In this document: positions 11,482 through 22,917 of the stretch, one piece after another
Layout: each line of letters opens with the position of its first letter
Position numbering within the stretch: position 1 is the stretch's first letter
Assembly: GCA_947628965.1 (NCBI GenBank)
Contig: CANRBV010000004.1
Location: 1-54,405, forward strand
Direction: 5' to 3'
Source of the DNA: an uncultured Bacilli bacterium
GTDB lineage: Bacteria > Bacillota_I > Bacilli_A > RF39 > UBA660
DNA length: 54,405 nt
The notes under the pieces: model-generated
The model's database searches: none
Seen by the model: only the letters and a program-made list of their open reading frames with translations
Told to the model about the DNA's origin: nothing
Position numbers and translations under genes: made by a program

Positions 11482-12549
11482 ATGATAAATATTGAAGATT
11501 ACCCAAAGTATATTGATATCATTGAAGAAAAAATAATGATGGGAGAATTTAATTCCCAAATTGCTAAAGAGTTGCATATTTCTAGAAATGTACTACCAAA
11601 AATAATAAGAAGTTTAAATGACCCTTCTTCTTCAATTTATAATGTAGAACGCTATAATAAAATTTTACAAAAGCAAGACGAACTACTACGCAAATCGCAT
11701 TTAGATAATGACTACTTTATAAATGGACAATCTTTAGGAATTTTAAAAAAGCTTTTAGCAGGTGAAATAGACTTACGTATGGCAGCTAAAGAAAGAAGAA
11801 CTTTTGTAGTTCAATTTCTTTTAGAACTTAGTAATAATAAAGTAGCCAGTTATTATGAGGCGATTCAAAAATTTTTAAAACCATATGGATTTGCAAAAGA
11901 AGATAATCAAAAGGAAGTTAAAAAACCATTTAGTGAATATCCAAATAATTTTAAAAAAGAAATGCTTTTGCTTGCTCTAACTTATCGCGTATCTTTTAAA
12001 TCTATGGCAAAATTATTAAATACAACTGTTTTAGATATTGCTAAAGGATTTATGTCGGTTATGGATTTTAATGTTTCTGATATGTTATTTCTAGATACCA
12101 TTGGAAATGATTTAAATACGGAATTAAATGCTTATGAAAATGCTAAAAACTATTTACTTAGAAGAAATGCTCTTGTTCGTTATTTAAATACTTCTATAAA
12201 TCATAATGATCAAGAAAAAAAAGAGTTTATCAAAGAAAAAATTAGAAATCTTCAACATGAAATTGACGATTCTAAAATTGAAAAAATACTTAATAAAGGG
12301 AAAAAATCCTATACTATAGAAGAGAAAGATACGATTGCACGATATACTGTCAAATATTACTTAAGCTTAATGTCTGCTTCAAATATTTTACATATGGAGG
12401 CCAAAAAGATAAAAGAATATATATTTGATTTAGCAGAACGTGATGCAATTTTTTCGGGATCTTTGGATTTTTATTGTAAAATATATAAAGAAATGCAAAG
12501 GAAAATTAAGTTGGAAATCGAGGAAAACGATGTTAAAAGATCAATTTGA
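11482..12549 (+). CDS. Hypothetical protein with possible HTH-like segments
   Basis: Long ORF with AGGTG SD; NSQIAKELHISR and SFKSMAKLLNTT resemble HTH recognition helices. Confidence 0.65.
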   Translation: MINIEDYPKYIDIIEEKIMMGEFNSQIAKELHISRNVLPKIIRSLNDPSSSIYNVERYNKILQKQDELLRKSHLDNDYFINGQSLGILKKLLAGEIDLRMAAKERRTFVVQFLLELSNNKVASYYEAIQKFLKPYGFAKEDNQKEVKKPFSEYPNNFKKEMLLLALTYRVSFKSMAKLLNTTVLDIAKGFMSVMDFNVSDMLFLDTIGNDLNTELNAYENAKNYLLRRNALVRYLNTSINHNDQEKKEFIKEKIRNLQHEIDDSKIEKILNKGKKSYTIEEKDTIARYTVKYYLSLMSASNILHMEAKKIKEYIFDLAERDAIFSGSLDFYCKIYKEMQRKIKLEIEENDVKRSI

Positions 12550-12727
12550 TGCAATAATAGAAGAAGCGAAAAAAGTAAAAACATTACAAAAATTAAATGT
12601 TATATTTTTTGAATTGTTAGAAAAACAAGCTACAATTAATGAAATAGAAATGGTACTTAATGAAATTAACTTGTCTCAAGATGTTTTAAAAGAAGTTGAG
12701 GAAGATAGCTATGGAAGAAAATCGTAA
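12530..12727 (+). CDS. Small hypothetical protein (65 aa)
   Basis: GAGGA SD before ATG12530; overlaps both neighbours, consistent with translational coupling. Confidence 0.5.
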   Translation: MLKDQFDAIIEEAKKVKTLQKLNVIFFELLEKQATINEIEMVLNEINLSQDVLKEVEEDSYGRKS

Positions 12728-13802
12728 AAGTGTTTATATTCATATTCCTTTTTGTAAAAGTATATGTTCTTATTGTGATTTTTGTAAAGTTCTTTATTGT
12801 GAAAAATGGATTTCTACCTATTTAGATTGCTTAGAAGAAGAAATAAAGGATTTTTATCTTGGAGAAGAAATTGAAACTATCTATATTGGAGGAGGAACTC
12901 CTTCTTGTTTATCTAAAAAACATTTAGTACGTTTAATAAAAATCCTAAAAATTTTTAAAACCTCTAACTTACAAGAATTTACTTTTGAATGCAATGTAAA
13001 GGATCTAAGTGAAGATTTATTAGTTTTTCTAAAAGAAAATAATGTAAATCGTTTAAGTATTGGTGTTGAATCTTTTCATCCTGAAAAATTAAAATATATG
13101 GGAAGAAATCATGATTATAATGAAGTAAAAGCTAAAATAAATTTATGTAAAAAGTATTTTACTAATATTAATATTGATTTCATTTATGGATTTCATTTTG
13201 AAACAAAACAAATCGTTAAAAGAGAATTAAAGCAAATTCTTTCATTAAAACCAACACATATTAGTACTTATAGTTTAATGATAGAAGAAAATACACTTCT
13301 CAGTATAAATCAATATAAACGTTTGGAAGACGATCAGGATGCTCTTTTATATTCTTTTATTAAAAAGTTTTTAAAGAAAAAAGGCTATCTTCATTATGAA
13401 GTAAGTAATTTTGCTTTAAAGGGATATGAAAGTAAACACAATCTTACTTATTGGCATAATCTAGAATATTATGGCTTTGGTTTAGGAGCTTCTGGTTATA
13501 TTGATAGAGTAAGGTATACAAATACTCGTTCTTTAACAAAATACTTAAATGGAAATAAAATCGGCGAAAGAGAACTTTTAACAAAGGAAGGAATAAGAGA
13601 TTATCATTTAATGTTAGGATTTCGTCTTACCAATGGGTTTAATATTCAAGAATTTGAAAAATTATATCATGTAAAATTAGAAGAGGTTTATCCAATTAAA
13701 CCCTTATTAAAAAATGGTGATTTAAGAATAAAAAAAGGCAATATTTTTATAAATTCGGACAAACTATATATTATGAATGAGATTTTACTCAAAATGATTT
13801 AG
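12711..13802 (+). CDS. hemW: Radical SAM heme chaperone HemW/HemN-like
   Basis: YIHIPFCKSICSYCDF (CxxxCxxC), GGGTPS, HYEVSNF; start moved to ATG12711 (GAGGA SD). Confidence 0.93.
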   Translation: MEENRKSVYIHIPFCKSICSYCDFCKVLYCEKWISTYLDCLEEEIKDFYLGEEIETIYIGGGTPSCLSKKHLVRLIKILKIFKTSNLQEFTFECNVKDLSEDLLVFLKENNVNRLSIGVESFHPEKLKYMGRNHDYNEVKAKINLCKKYFTNINIDFIYGFHFETKQIVKRELKQILSLKPTHISTYSLMIEENTLLSINQYKRLEDDQDALLYSFIKKFLKKKGYLHYEVSNFALKGYESKHNLTYWHNLEYYGFGLGASGYIDRVRYTNTRSLTKYLNGNKIGERELLTKEGIRDYHLMLGFRLTNGFNIQEFEKLYHVKLEEVYPIKPLLKNGDLRIKKGNIFINSDKLYIMNEILLKMI

Positions 13803-13811
13803 AGGTGCTTT

Positions 13812-14267
13812 ATGAAAAAATTAGTCTTTTTTTTGTTTTTTCTATTTTTTCCTCTTTTTGTGTCAGCAAGTGATTTAAAATTAAATCATTTAGTGATAGA
13901 AAATGGGGAATTGTCTTTACCTTTTGATCCTTTAAATACAAGTTATACAATTTCTTTAGAAAAAGATATTGATAAAATAAATTTTGTTTATGAAGTTGAT
14001 AATGATATAGAAGTTACTATTGAAAATAATCAGGATTTACAAAACAATTCCGTAGTGGTTCTTTCTTTAACGAATAAAGAAGACACAATTTTTTATACCT
14101 TTCAAATTTTAAAAGAGGAAGAAGAAAGTACAAATATGGTCTTTTTAGAAGAAAAAGAAGAGGAAAATACAAATTTTATGATGCAATATAAAAATAGTAT
14201 TATTCCCATAAGTTGTTTTATACTTATTTTAATTTCATATAAAATTTTATTTTTTCATAAAAAATAA
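13812..14267 (+). CDS. Secreted/membrane protein with cadherin-like beta-sandwich domain
   Basis: Signal peptide, LSLPFDPLNTSYTI motif, C-terminal TM with basic tail. Confidence 0.6.
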   Translation: MKKLVFFLFFLFFPLFVSASDLKLNHLVIENGELSLPFDPLNTSYTISLEKDIDKINFVYEVDNDIEVTIENNQDLQNNSVVVLSLTNKEDTIFYTFQILKEEEESTNMVFLEEKEEENTNFMMQYKNSIIPISCFILILISYKILFFHKK

Positions 14268-14299
14268 AGCATCTAATATAATCTATTAGGTGATTTTTT

Positions 14300-14905
14300 T
14301 TGAAATTTATTGCTCATCGCGGTTTAAGAAATGAACAAATAAAAGAAAATACGTTAGAAGCTTTTCAAAATGCAATAAAAAATGAAAAAATAGATGGTTT
14401 TGAGTTAGACATTCGTAAAACTTTCGATCATCAATTCGTTGTCAATCATAATGCCTTTATAAAGGAAGACTTAATTAAAAATAAAACTTATAAATATTTA
14501 AAAAAGAAATATCATCTACCGCTTCTTAGGGAAGTTTTGGCTCTTAATACTACTAAAATAATATTGATAGAAATAAAAGATAATACAATTTGCTATGATA
14601 AATTAAGCAAAATATTAAATGCTTTTTCGGATAAAAAAATATATGTGATGAGTTTTCATAATAAAGTAATTGCAGAATTAAAAAAACGCGGTTTCAAACA
14701 AAAATTGGGAATTTTAAATTATGTTTTCAATAGCGAAGAAGAGTATTCCTATGATTTTATTTGTCTTTTAAACAATTTAACTACGCAAAAATTAGTGGAG
14801 GAATATCATAAAAAAGGTATAGAAGTATTTTTATATGGTGTTCTAAATGAGAAAAAGGATTTAAAAATAGAGGATGTTTACTATATTGTAGATAAAATAG
14901 ACTAA
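14300..14905 (+). CDS. Glycerophosphodiester phosphodiesterase family protein
   Basis: IAHRG, ENTLEAF, ELDIR..D..VV.H, IEIK; TTG start. Confidence 0.88.
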   Translation: MKFIAHRGLRNEQIKENTLEAFQNAIKNEKIDGFELDIRKTFDHQFVVNHNAFIKEDLIKNKTYKYLKKKYHLPLLREVLALNTTKIILIEIKDNTICYDKLSKILNAFSDKKIYVMSFHNKVIAELKKRGFKQKLGILNYVFNSEEEYSYDFICLLNNLTTQKLVEEYHKKGIEVFLYGVLNEKKDLKIEDVYYIVDKID

Positions 14906-14942
14906 GTTTTAAATTCTATATTCCATAGAAAATGGGGTTATT

Positions 14943-15917
14943 ATGGGAGATAAAAGAATCATAGATTCTTTATTAAAGGATTATCCAAATTTAAAATGCA
15001 ATTATGTTTATCGAAGAGAAGTACTTTTTGTCTCTCAAGTTTTATCATTAAAGTATTGGCAATATGAAAAATTTAAACCATTATTAACTTCTACAATATG
15101 GAAAAGTAACTATAATGAAATAAAGAAAATTCTTGAAATGAAAGAATGGGAAGAGGAAAAGTTTCAAAACCTATTAACCTCTAATATATGGGGGCGTAAT
15201 TGTGAAGAAGTAAAAAAGATCCTTGAAATGAAAAAGTGGCAAGAAAAAAAGTTTCAAGCCTTACTAACATCTTCAATATGGAGTTGTAATTATAATGAAA
15301 TAAAAAAGATTCTTGAAATGAAAGAATGGGAAGATAAAAAATTTCAAGTCCTATTAACTTCTAACATATGGAATAGTAACTATAGAGAAATAAAGAATAT
15401 CCTTAAAATGAAAGAATGGAAAGAAGAAAAGTTTCAACCGCTATTAACACCTAATCTATGGAGTAGTAATTGTCAAGAAATAAAAAAGATCCTTGAAATG
15501 AAAGAATGGAAAGAAGAAAAGTTTCAAGTCTTACTAACATCTTCCATATGGAGTTGTAATTATGAAGATATAAGGGAAAAATTAAATTTACCTTATTGGA
15601 ATAATTCTCTTTATAGGCATTTGTTAACTCCGACAATCTTTGTTATAAAAACTGATTATATTATCAAAAATATAGAAATTGCTGAAAAATATGGAATAGA
15701 AGGTTTTATTAAAATTTGCACATTAAGAAAAAATCCAATTGATTTTGAAAATTTAATTGTCTATTTACTAAAAAATCGTATCCCTCTCATTCTTGATAAT
15801 AAACTCAATCCTATTTTAAATGCCTTAACCTTACGATTAAAAAAAATCTATCAGATAGATTTAAAAAGTTTAAGAAAGGAAAATACTTATGTTCGAAGTA
15901 GAGGATGCTTTAAATAA
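14943..15917 (+). CDS. Tandem-repeat protein (30-aa units)
   Basis: About 6.5 copies of EIKKILEMKEWxEEKFQxLLTSxIWxxNxx. Confidence 0.85.
   Translation: MGDKRIIDSLLKDYPNLKCNYVYRREVLFVSQVLSLKYWQYEKFKPLLTSTIWKSNYNEIKKILEMKEWEEEKFQNLLTSNIWGRNCEEVKKILEMKKWQEKKFQALLTSSIWSCNYNEIKKILEMKEWEDKKFQVLLTSNIWNSNYREIKNILKMKEWKEEKFQPLLTPNLWSSNCQEIKKILEMKEWKEEKFQVLLTSSIWSCNYEDIREKLNLPYWNNSLYRHLLTPTIFVIKTDYIIKNIEIAEKYGIEGFIKICTLRKNPIDFENLIVYLLKNRIPLILDNKLNPILNALTLRLKKIYQIDLKSLRKENTYVRSRGCFK
15051..15640 (+). repeat. 90-bp coding tandem repeat
   Basis: Unit starts at 15111, 15201, 15291, 15381, 15471, 15561, plus an N-terminal partial unit. Confidence 0.95.
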
Positions 15918-16161
15918 ATTTGAAACTAGTATTTTAAAGTCTATTGATAAAGAAAATATGAAAAAAATTCTTATTTTTTTAAAAGAACAACAAGTCGACT
16001 ATATAGAAGATATTTTAAATGAATATATCGATCTTTTTTTAATCGATTATAAAGATTTTATAAAAAGAATAGAGAAATTAAATCAAAAGTATGAGGGACA
16101 ATTTTGGGTAAAAGCAAAAGAAAATGCAAGTTTATTAGAAGAACTTTTATATGAAATTTAG
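15889..16161 (+). CDS. Small hypothetical protein
   Basis: 90-aa ORF with AAGGA SD, overlapping the preceding stop. Confidence 0.7.
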   Translation: MFEVEDALNKFETSILKSIDKENMKKILIFLKEQQVDYIEDILNEYIDLFLIDYKDFIKRIEKLNQKYEGQFWVKAKENASLLEELLYEI

Positions 16162-16265
16162 TTTAAGGAATTATTGAAAGAAAAAAGTCTAGTTTTTTCT
16201 TTTACCCCTATAAGAAATTGAAATCTTATGCTATAATAAAATTTATAGAATAAGGATGTGGGAAA

Positions 16266-18431
16266 ATGCCAAATGAAGAAAATCAAGAATTCGAAACAAC
16301 AAGAGAGTTAGAAACAATAAGTGATTTAAATAATCAAATTATTGAAGTAGAAGAAGCAAATAAAGAAGTAGATAATGCTACCCTTAAAAGTGAAATAAAT
16401 GCCGATACCTTTTTTACTCCACCCACAAAAGTAACATTAAAAGATAAAATAAAAAATTGGTGGAAAAAATTAAATAAAAAACAAAAAATAATGGTGCTAA
16501 GTGGAATTATAGTATTTATTTTCGCTATTGTACTTGGTGTAGTTCTTCTAATTAAAAATTTAACAAAAGAAGAAGAGTATGTCGAACCTCCTGAAGTTAT
16601 TGTTCAAGAAGAAAATTATCGTTATGAAAATGGGGTATTAATTTTCTTAAATAATAAAAAGGAGGAAATAGGTCGTTATACATGTGAAAATCAAAATGAA
16701 AATTTATGTTTTGTCACATATTATAGTACCGAAGATTTATTTGATGTAGAACAAAAAATCTATGAAAATAACGAAAAAGTAAAAAGCCGTAGTTCTATAA
16801 TTTTAGATACATATGTCTTTATTAATGATAATCCTAAAAGCGAAGATACTAAAATAAGACTTTATAACATGAAAGAAAATAGGATAGAAAATGTATATCA
16901 ATTAGTTAAGAAAGTGGATGCAAATAAAACGATTGTTAAAAATGAAGAAGGTCTTTATGGAGTCATTGAACTAAATGCAGATTCCATTTTAACAAAAATT
17001 GATTTTATATATCCTTATTTAGGATTTATTCCAAATGAAAAAAATTATTATGTAGCATTACAAAATGAACAAAATTTAATAATAGATGAAAATGGTAAAA
17101 ACGTTAGTAAAGCAATTAACGATAGTATTGAAAATTTTACAGAAACCTATATTAAAGCTCTAAATAATGAAGGCAAGTATGTTGTTTACAATTACAATAA
17201 TCAAAAAATATTTGATGAAAGTTACGATTATGTTGCACTTTATAATGACTATGCTGTTTTAATTAATGATAACAAAATGTATCTAAAGTTTTATGATCAA
17301 AATAAATTAAATGAAGAGGCTATTCTATTAAAGAATAAAAATTATGTAAAAACAAGCGTATATGATACAAACAATGTTTTAAAAGAAACAAGAGAATCTT
17401 TCTATCTTGAAGAAAATAATGGAATTATTTCGATTACGATTTTTGATGGAAATAGTAGCAGTATCGAAGTCGTGAACAAAAATGAAGGAAACTTAAGTAA
17501 AAATCTACGAAATATGAATTATTTTAATGGTAAGATTTATATTTATAGTGATACGGCTAAAGAAACTTTATTAGGAAGTTATACCTGTGCCAATAAAAAT
17601 AATGTGGGTAGTAAAGATAAAACATTAAATAATTGTAAACTTGCCGAAGATACAATTTATGAAGATAATGATTATGAAACTCCAGGAAAAACAGGGGTTA
17701 TACCACTATTTAATGAACGTTTTATCTTTATTAGTGATAACCCAGAATTAGTAAATGAAAATAGTAAGACGATTGTTTTATATGATTTAAAGAAAAATAC
17801 AAGTTTAGGAAAATATCGTTCTGTAAATACTTATTCTTATACTGGAACGGAGGATATCACTTTCTCAACTGTTACGGACTTACAAGTGGTAGCTGAAAAT
17901 CAAAATGGCAATTTTGGAGTAATTAAAATCAATTTAACAGAAGTTACAGGGCATATTGGTTTTAATTATAGCTCTATAGAACGTTTGAAAGATTATTATG
18001 TTGCTAAAGATGCTAATGGATATTTATTAATTTCTAAAAGCAATGGTGCCAGTGTTACAAGTGCTATTCTCTATAAAATTAGAAATTATACAAAAGAGTA
18101 TGTCAAAGTAAAAAATGATGGTAAGTATTATATATATGATTATCAAGGAAAACAAATTAATACAGCTGAAAATGAATTTAAATATATTGAACTATACGAT
18201 GATTACTTTGCAGGTGTAGATAGTAATAATCAATTAGGGGTGTATACCTATCTTCATCCAGAAAAAAATATTTTAAGTGGCAATGAACAGATTCAATTAA
18301 ATATAACTAATTATTATGGAAATGGAGTTCTTGCTTTTAAAATAAATGGAACAGAAGTATTAATTGGAAATAGTGATAAAACTTATATTCCAGCTTCTCA
18401 AACGATTGTTTTACCAGAAAAAGAAAATTAA
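16266..18431 (+). CDS. Membrane-anchored protein with a beta-rich WG-repeat-like ectodomain
   Basis: Acidic N-terminus, single TM helix, repeated G(LY/NF)GVI and Y.YI elements. Confidence 0.7.
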   Translation: MPNEENQEFETTRELETISDLNNQIIEVEEANKEVDNATLKSEINADTFFTPPTKVTLKDKIKNWWKKLNKKQKIMVLSGIIVFIFAIVLGVVLLIKNLTKEEEYVEPPEVIVQEENYRYENGVLIFLNNKKEEIGRYTCENQNENLCFVTYYSTEDLFDVEQKIYENNEKVKSRSSIILDTYVFINDNPKSEDTKIRLYNMKENRIENVYQLVKKVDANKTIVKNEEGLYGVIELNADSILTKIDFIYPYLGFIPNEKNYYVALQNEQNLIIDENGKNVSKAINDSIENFTETYIKALNNEGKYVVYNYNNQKIFDESYDYVALYNDYAVLINDNKMYLKFYDQNKLNEEAILLKNKNYVKTSVYDTNNVLKETRESFYLEENNGIISITIFDGNSSSIEVVNKNEGNLSKNLRNMNYFNGKIYIYSDTAKETLLGSYTCANKNNVGSKDKTLNNCKLAEDTIYEDNDYETPGKTGVIPLFNERFIFISDNPELVNENSKTIVLYDLKKNTSLGKYRSVNTYSYTGTEDITFSTVTDLQVVAENQNGNFGVIKINLTEVTGHIGFNYSSIERLKDYYVAKDANGYLLISKSNGASVTSAILYKIRNYTKEYVKVKNDGKYYIYDYQGKQINTAENEFKYIELYDDYFAGVDSNNQLGVYTYLHPEKNILSGNEQIQLNITNYYGNGVLAFKINGTEVLIGNSDKTYIPASQTIVLPEKEN

Positions 18432-18445
18432 AAGGTGGTGTTAAA

Positions 18446-19393
18446 GTGCAAAATAAAAAAATATCACTTATAGTTATAATTGTTTTGTTAATCCTTTTTT
18501 TACCAATCACCATTTTTGCGACAACTATGCACTATATTGATAGGAATAAAGAAGTAGAAAATAAAAATCATGATTTTTATTCAGATGGAAAATTATATTT
18601 CTATAATAAAGATACTCTTTTAGGAAAGTATACTTGTCAAAGTACCGATTATTGCGATTATGCTGTATCTAGAAATAGCAGTACCTATTCCTTAAAAGAA
18701 CCAAAGGTTAGTGGAAGTAAAAAACAATCTTTAATTTATAATCGCTATGCAATTTTAATGGACACTGCAACTACAAATCTTTTAGATGCAAATATGATTT
18801 TATATGATGTTATTAATGAAGAGATTTACGCTAATTATAAAGAAATTAAAAATTATGGAGTTGGAATTGAAAATAATTATTACATTGCTCAAAATGAAGA
18901 GGATTTATGGGGTGTATTAGAAATTACGGATGAAGTAAAAGAAATTATTCCTTTTCAATACGATTATATAGGACTTAGAGATATAAAAAATGCAGAAGGA
19001 AAAATCAAATCCGATTGTTTTGCTGTTTATGAAAATAATACTTGGTATTTAATTGATTCACAAAATAATAAGTTGAGTGATGCCTTTACGGATAGTTTTG
19101 TAAATTATAATGATTATTATGTAATTACTACGAATACTACACAAATGAATCTTTTAACTTATAATGGTATTAATCGATTATTTGGTTCTTATCCGTATTT
19201 GGATTTTTGGGATAAATATATTGCCGTTGTTGATAATTCTTCCAATTTTTATTTATATGATCTTGATTCAAATAAAGAAGTATCAAAGCGTCATGTCTTA
19301 ACGAATATTCAAGATTTGTCCTATAAAATTGAAAATGATTTTATTCGAATTTATTTTGGTGAAGAATTAATAGAAAATGTTGCAATAAAGTAG
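18446..19393 (+). CDS. Secreted/membrane protein, shorter relative of the upstream gene
   Basis: N-terminal TM; shares GKYTC and WGV..IIPFQYDYI motifs; GTG start. Confidence 0.7.
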   Translation: MQNKKISLIVIIVLLILFLPITIFATTMHYIDRNKEVENKNHDFYSDGKLYFYNKDTLLGKYTCQSTDYCDYAVSRNSSTYSLKEPKVSGSKKQSLIYNRYAILMDTATTNLLDANMILYDVINEEIYANYKEIKNYGVGIENNYYIAQNEEDLWGVLEITDEVKEIIPFQYDYIGLRDIKNAEGKIKSDCFAVYENNTWYLIDSQNNKLSDAFTDSFVNYNDYYVITTNTTQMNLLTYNGINRLFGSYPYLDFWDKYIAVVDNSSNFYLYDLDSNKEVSKRHVLTNIQDLSYKIENDFIRIYFGEELIENVAIK

Positions 19394-19641
19394 AAAAAAG
19401 AGTAGAATAAAGAAAAACCAAGAAACTGAGGAGTACATAACTGGATTTTTTAGAGAGTTTATGGGTGCTGAAAATAAACAAAGAAAGTTATGGAAGGTAG
19501 CAGTGGAGTTGAAATTCTAAAAATAACTTTAGGAATTTTCGCAATCTTAGCGTTAAAAAGAAAATGAAGGGTATACATATTGTATAAAATAAGGTGGTAC
19601 CGCGGGGAAATCTCGTCCTTATAACAAAGGAGGAGATTTTT
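19394..19641 (+). promoter_or_regulatory. Valine T-box riboswitch
   Basis: AGAGA and GCTG stem I boxes; specifier GTA (Val) at 19497-19499; T-box AAGGTGGTACCGCG at 19591-19604; terminator aaatctcgtcctt/aaggaggagatttttt; valS downstream. Confidence 0.95.
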
Positions 19642-19642
19642 T

Positions 19643-20398
19643 ATGTTAAATTATGAAATAGTTTTAAAAAAATTTATGGAATATGTAAATACTTTTGATA
19701 CGAAAGACGCGGGGATTGCTATGAAAATTTCTCATAGTATCCATACGGCAGATTTAGCAGGAAAACTTGCAAAACGTTTGGAACTAGAAGAAGAACAAAT
19801 TGTATTTTGCAAAGTTTTAGGATTGCTTCATGATATTGGACGCTTTTTTCAATACCAAAAAAATAAATCCTATAATGATTATTTAACCAAATTTGACCAT
19901 GCCTTATATGGAGTAAATTATTTATTTCAAGAAAATCATATTAAAGATTTTGCGATTCCCAATAAGTACTATAAAATTTTAGAAAAAGCTATTTTTAACC
20001 ATAATAAATTAAAAATTGAAAGCAATTTAACCGAAGAAGAATTATTTTTTACAAAATTTATTCGAGATGTTGATAAAATTGATATTTTTAGACAAGAAGC
20101 GACTTCTTTTGAATGGCAATATAATAAGACCATGTCTCGAAAAGTGCGAACTGTTTTTTATAAACATCAATTAATTGATAGTAAAGATTTAGTTTCTAAA
20201 ACGGATTCTTTAATTATGCAACTGGCTTTCACCTACGATATTAATTTTCAAGAATCTTTTGAATTACTTTTAGATACAGATAATTTAGAATTATTCTTGA
20301 GTGTTGTGGAAGTGGATAAGGAATTAGAAAGTGAATTTGAAAATGTAAAAAAAGAACTTCGTACATTTATAAAAGAAAGGATGAACACATTATGTTAG
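19643..20398 (+). CDS. HD-domain phosphohydrolase
   Basis: H..(SHS), [19 protein letters not shown] motifs. Confidence 0.9.
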   Translation: MLNYEIVLKKFMEYVNTFDTKDAGIAMKISHSIHTADLAGKLAKRLELEEEQIVFCKVLGLLHDIGRFFQYQKNKSYNDYLTKFDHALYGVNYLFQENHIKDFAIPNKYYKILEKAIFNHNKLKIESNLTEEELFFTKFIRDVDKIDIFRQEATSFEWQYNKTMSRKVRTVFYKHQLIDSKDLVSKTDSLIMQLAFTYDINFQESFELLLDTDNLELFLSVVEVDKELESEFENVKKELRTFIKERMNTLC

Positions 20399-22917
20399 AT
20401 AAAAAATATGATCATAAAACAGTAGAAGAAAATAAGTATGACTATTGGAAAAAAATGGGTTATTTTAATAGTGGGGATAAAAGTAAAATCCCTTATACGA
20501 TTGTAATACCTCCTCCAAATGTTACTGGAAAGCTTCATTTAGGACATGCTTGGGATACAACGCTACAAGATATTTTAATTCGTTATAAAAGAATGCAAGG
20601 GTATGATTGTTTGTGGCTTCCTGGAATGGATCATGCAGGAATTGCAACCCAAGCCAAGGTGGATAAAAAATTAAAAGAGATGGGAATAAACCCAAGAGAA
20701 ATGAAAAGAGAGGATTGGCTTCAAAAAGCTTGGGAATGGAAAGAAGAGTATGCAGCTAGTATTCACGAACAATGGGCTAGACTTGGCCTTTCTCTTGATT
20801 ACAATAAAGAACGTTTTACTTTGGATGATGGCTTATCTAAGGCCGTTCGCAAAGTATTTGTTGATTTATATAATAAGGGTTTAATTTATCGTGGAGAACG
20901 TATTATTAACTGGGATCCTCTTGCTAAAACAGCTTTATCCAAAGAAGAGGTTATTATGAAAGAGGATAAAGGAGCTTTCTATCACTTGAAATACTTTATT
21001 GAAGGAAGTAATACGGAATATTTGCGTGTAGCAACTACAAGACCAGAAACTTTATTTGGGGATACAGCGGTTGCAGTAAATCCGAGTGATGAACGCTATA
21101 AAAAATATATTGGTAAAAATGTTGTTCTACCAATTGTTAATCGTTTAATTCCCGTTATTGGAGATATTCATGCTGACCCAAAATTTGGTACAGGTGTTGT
21201 TAAAATTACTCCTGCCCATGATCCAAATGATTTTGAGGTAGGACTACGTCACAACCTAGAAAAAATAATTGTAATTAATCCTGATGGCACTATGAATGAG
21301 CATGCTGGGGTTTATAACGGAATGGATCGTTTTGTTTGTCGCGAAGCCTTAGTAAAAGATTTACAAGAACAAGATCTATTAATCGAAATTGAACCCATTA
21401 CCCATAGTGTAGGGCATTCAGAAAGAACGGATGTAGTCGTTGAGCCTTATCTTTCTAAACAATGGTTTGTTAAAATGCGCCCGCTTGCCAATCGCGTTTT
21501 AGAAAATCAAAAGAATAAAGAAACCAAAGTTCGTTTTGTTCCCGCAAGATATGAAAAAATTATGAATCACTGGATGGAAATAACGTATGATTGGTGTATC
21601 TCAAGACAATTATGGTGGGGACATCAAATTCCTGCTTGGTATAAGGGTGAAGAAGTCTATGTTGGCATGGAAGCTCCTGAAGGAGAAGGTTGGATACAAG
21701 ATCCAGATGTATTAGATACTTGGTTTAGTAGTGCCTTATGGCCATTTAGTACGCTTGGTTGGCCAGAAATGACAGAAGACTTTAAACGCTATTACCCAAC
21801 GGATTGTTTGGTTACGGGTTATGATATTATTCCTTTTTGGGTCAATCGTATGACATTTCAAGGTTTAGAGTTTACTGGAAAAAGGCCTTTTAAAGATGTA
21901 TTAATACATGGACTTATTCGTGACAAATTGGGACGTAAATTTTCTAAATCTTTAGGTAATGGAGTAGATCCTATGGATATGTGTGAAATTTATGGAGCAG
22001 ATACTTTAAGATTTTATCTTTCAACAACAGCAAGTAACGGAACTGATATTCGTTTTGATGAAGAAAAAATGAAATCCACTTGGAACTTTATTAATAAGTT
22101 GTGGAATGCCTCTCGTTTTGTTCTTATGAATATCGAAGATTTAACAGAAGAAAACTATACTTTAGAAAACTTGAAAAAAGAAGATAAATGGATTTTATCA
22201 AAGCTAAATAAAACCATTAAAGAGGTTACTAAATTTATGGATAAATATGAATTTAATAATGCAGGAGCTTCTATCTATGACTTTATTTGGAATACATTCT
22301 GTGATAAATACATTGAGGTTTCAAAATTTAATTTAAATGATTTTACAACGAAATCCGTTTTATTAGAGGTGTTATCTTCAACATTAAAAATGCTTCATCC
22401 TTTTATGCCTTATGTAACCGATGAAATCTATAATTTACTTCCTATAAAAGAAGAAAATATTATGATTAGCACGTATCCTGTTTATAAAAAAGAATGGATT
22501 TTTAAAAAAGAGGACGAAGAAATAGAAGATGCTTTCTTATTTATCAAAAACTATCGAAATATCAAAGCAGAAAATAATATTACGAAAGATTTTAAAATTC
22601 GATTTAATAATGATAAAGATTATACTTTAATTATTAAAATGTTAAAGTTAGAAGACCATATTATTAAAGATAATTTAGATATTTCTTCTTATATGGTAAA
22701 ATCAAATACTTATGAAGCTACTATTTATTTTGAAAAAGTTATGAGTGAAAGTGAATTAGAAAGTCTTGCAAAAGAAAAAGAAAAACTTATGGCGAGTATC
22801 GAACGAAGGAAAAAACTTTTAGCCAATGAAAACTATGTAGCAAAAGCACCAAAAGAATTGGTAGAGGAAGAAAAACAAAAATTGAAACTAGAAGAAGAAA
22901 AATTAGCTATGTTATAA
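20392..22917 (+). CDS. valS: Valine--tRNA ligase
   Basis: [13 protein letters not shown] (HIGH), KFSKS (KMSKS variant), [12 protein letters not shown]-terminal coiled coil. Confidence 0.99.
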   Translation: MLDKKYDHKTVEENKYDYWKKMGYFNSGDKSKIPYTIVIPPPNVTGKLHLGHAWDTTLQDILIRYKRMQGYDCLWLPGMDHAGIATQAKVDKKLKEMGINPREMKREDWLQKAWEWKEEYAASIHEQWARLGLSLDYNKERFTLDDGLSKAVRKVFVDLYNKGLIYRGERIINWDPLAKTALSKEEVIMKEDKGAFYHLKYFIEGSNTEYLRVATTRPETLFGDTAVAVNPSDERYKKYIGKNVVLPIVNRLIPVIGDIHADPKFGTGVVKITPAHDPNDFEVGLRHNLEKIIVINPDGTMNEHAGVYNGMDRFVCREALVKDLQEQDLLIEIEPITHSVGHSERTDVVVEPYLSKQWFVKMRPLANRVLENQKNKETKVRFVPARYEKIMNHWMEITYDWCISRQLWWGHQIPAWYKGEEVYVGMEAPEGEGWIQDPDVLDTWFSSALWPFSTLGWPEMTEDFKRYYPTDCLVTGYDIIPFWVNRMTFQGLEFTGKRPFKDVLIHGLIRDKLGRKFSKSLGNGVDPMDMCEIYGADTLRFYLSTTASNGTDIRFDEEKMKSTWNFINKLWNASRFVLMNIEDLTEENYTLENLKKEDKWILSKLNKTIKEVTKFMDKYEFNNAGASIYDFIWNTFCDKYIEVSKFNLNDFTTKSVLLEVLSSTLKMLHPFMPYVTDEIYNLLPIKEENIMISTYPVYKKEWIFKKEDEEIEDAFLFIKNYRNIKAENNITKDFKIRFNNDKDYTLIIKMLKLEDHIIKDNLDISSYMVKSNTYEATIYFEKVMSESELESLAKEKEKLMASIERRKKLLANENYVAKAPKELVEEEKQKLKLEEEKLAML

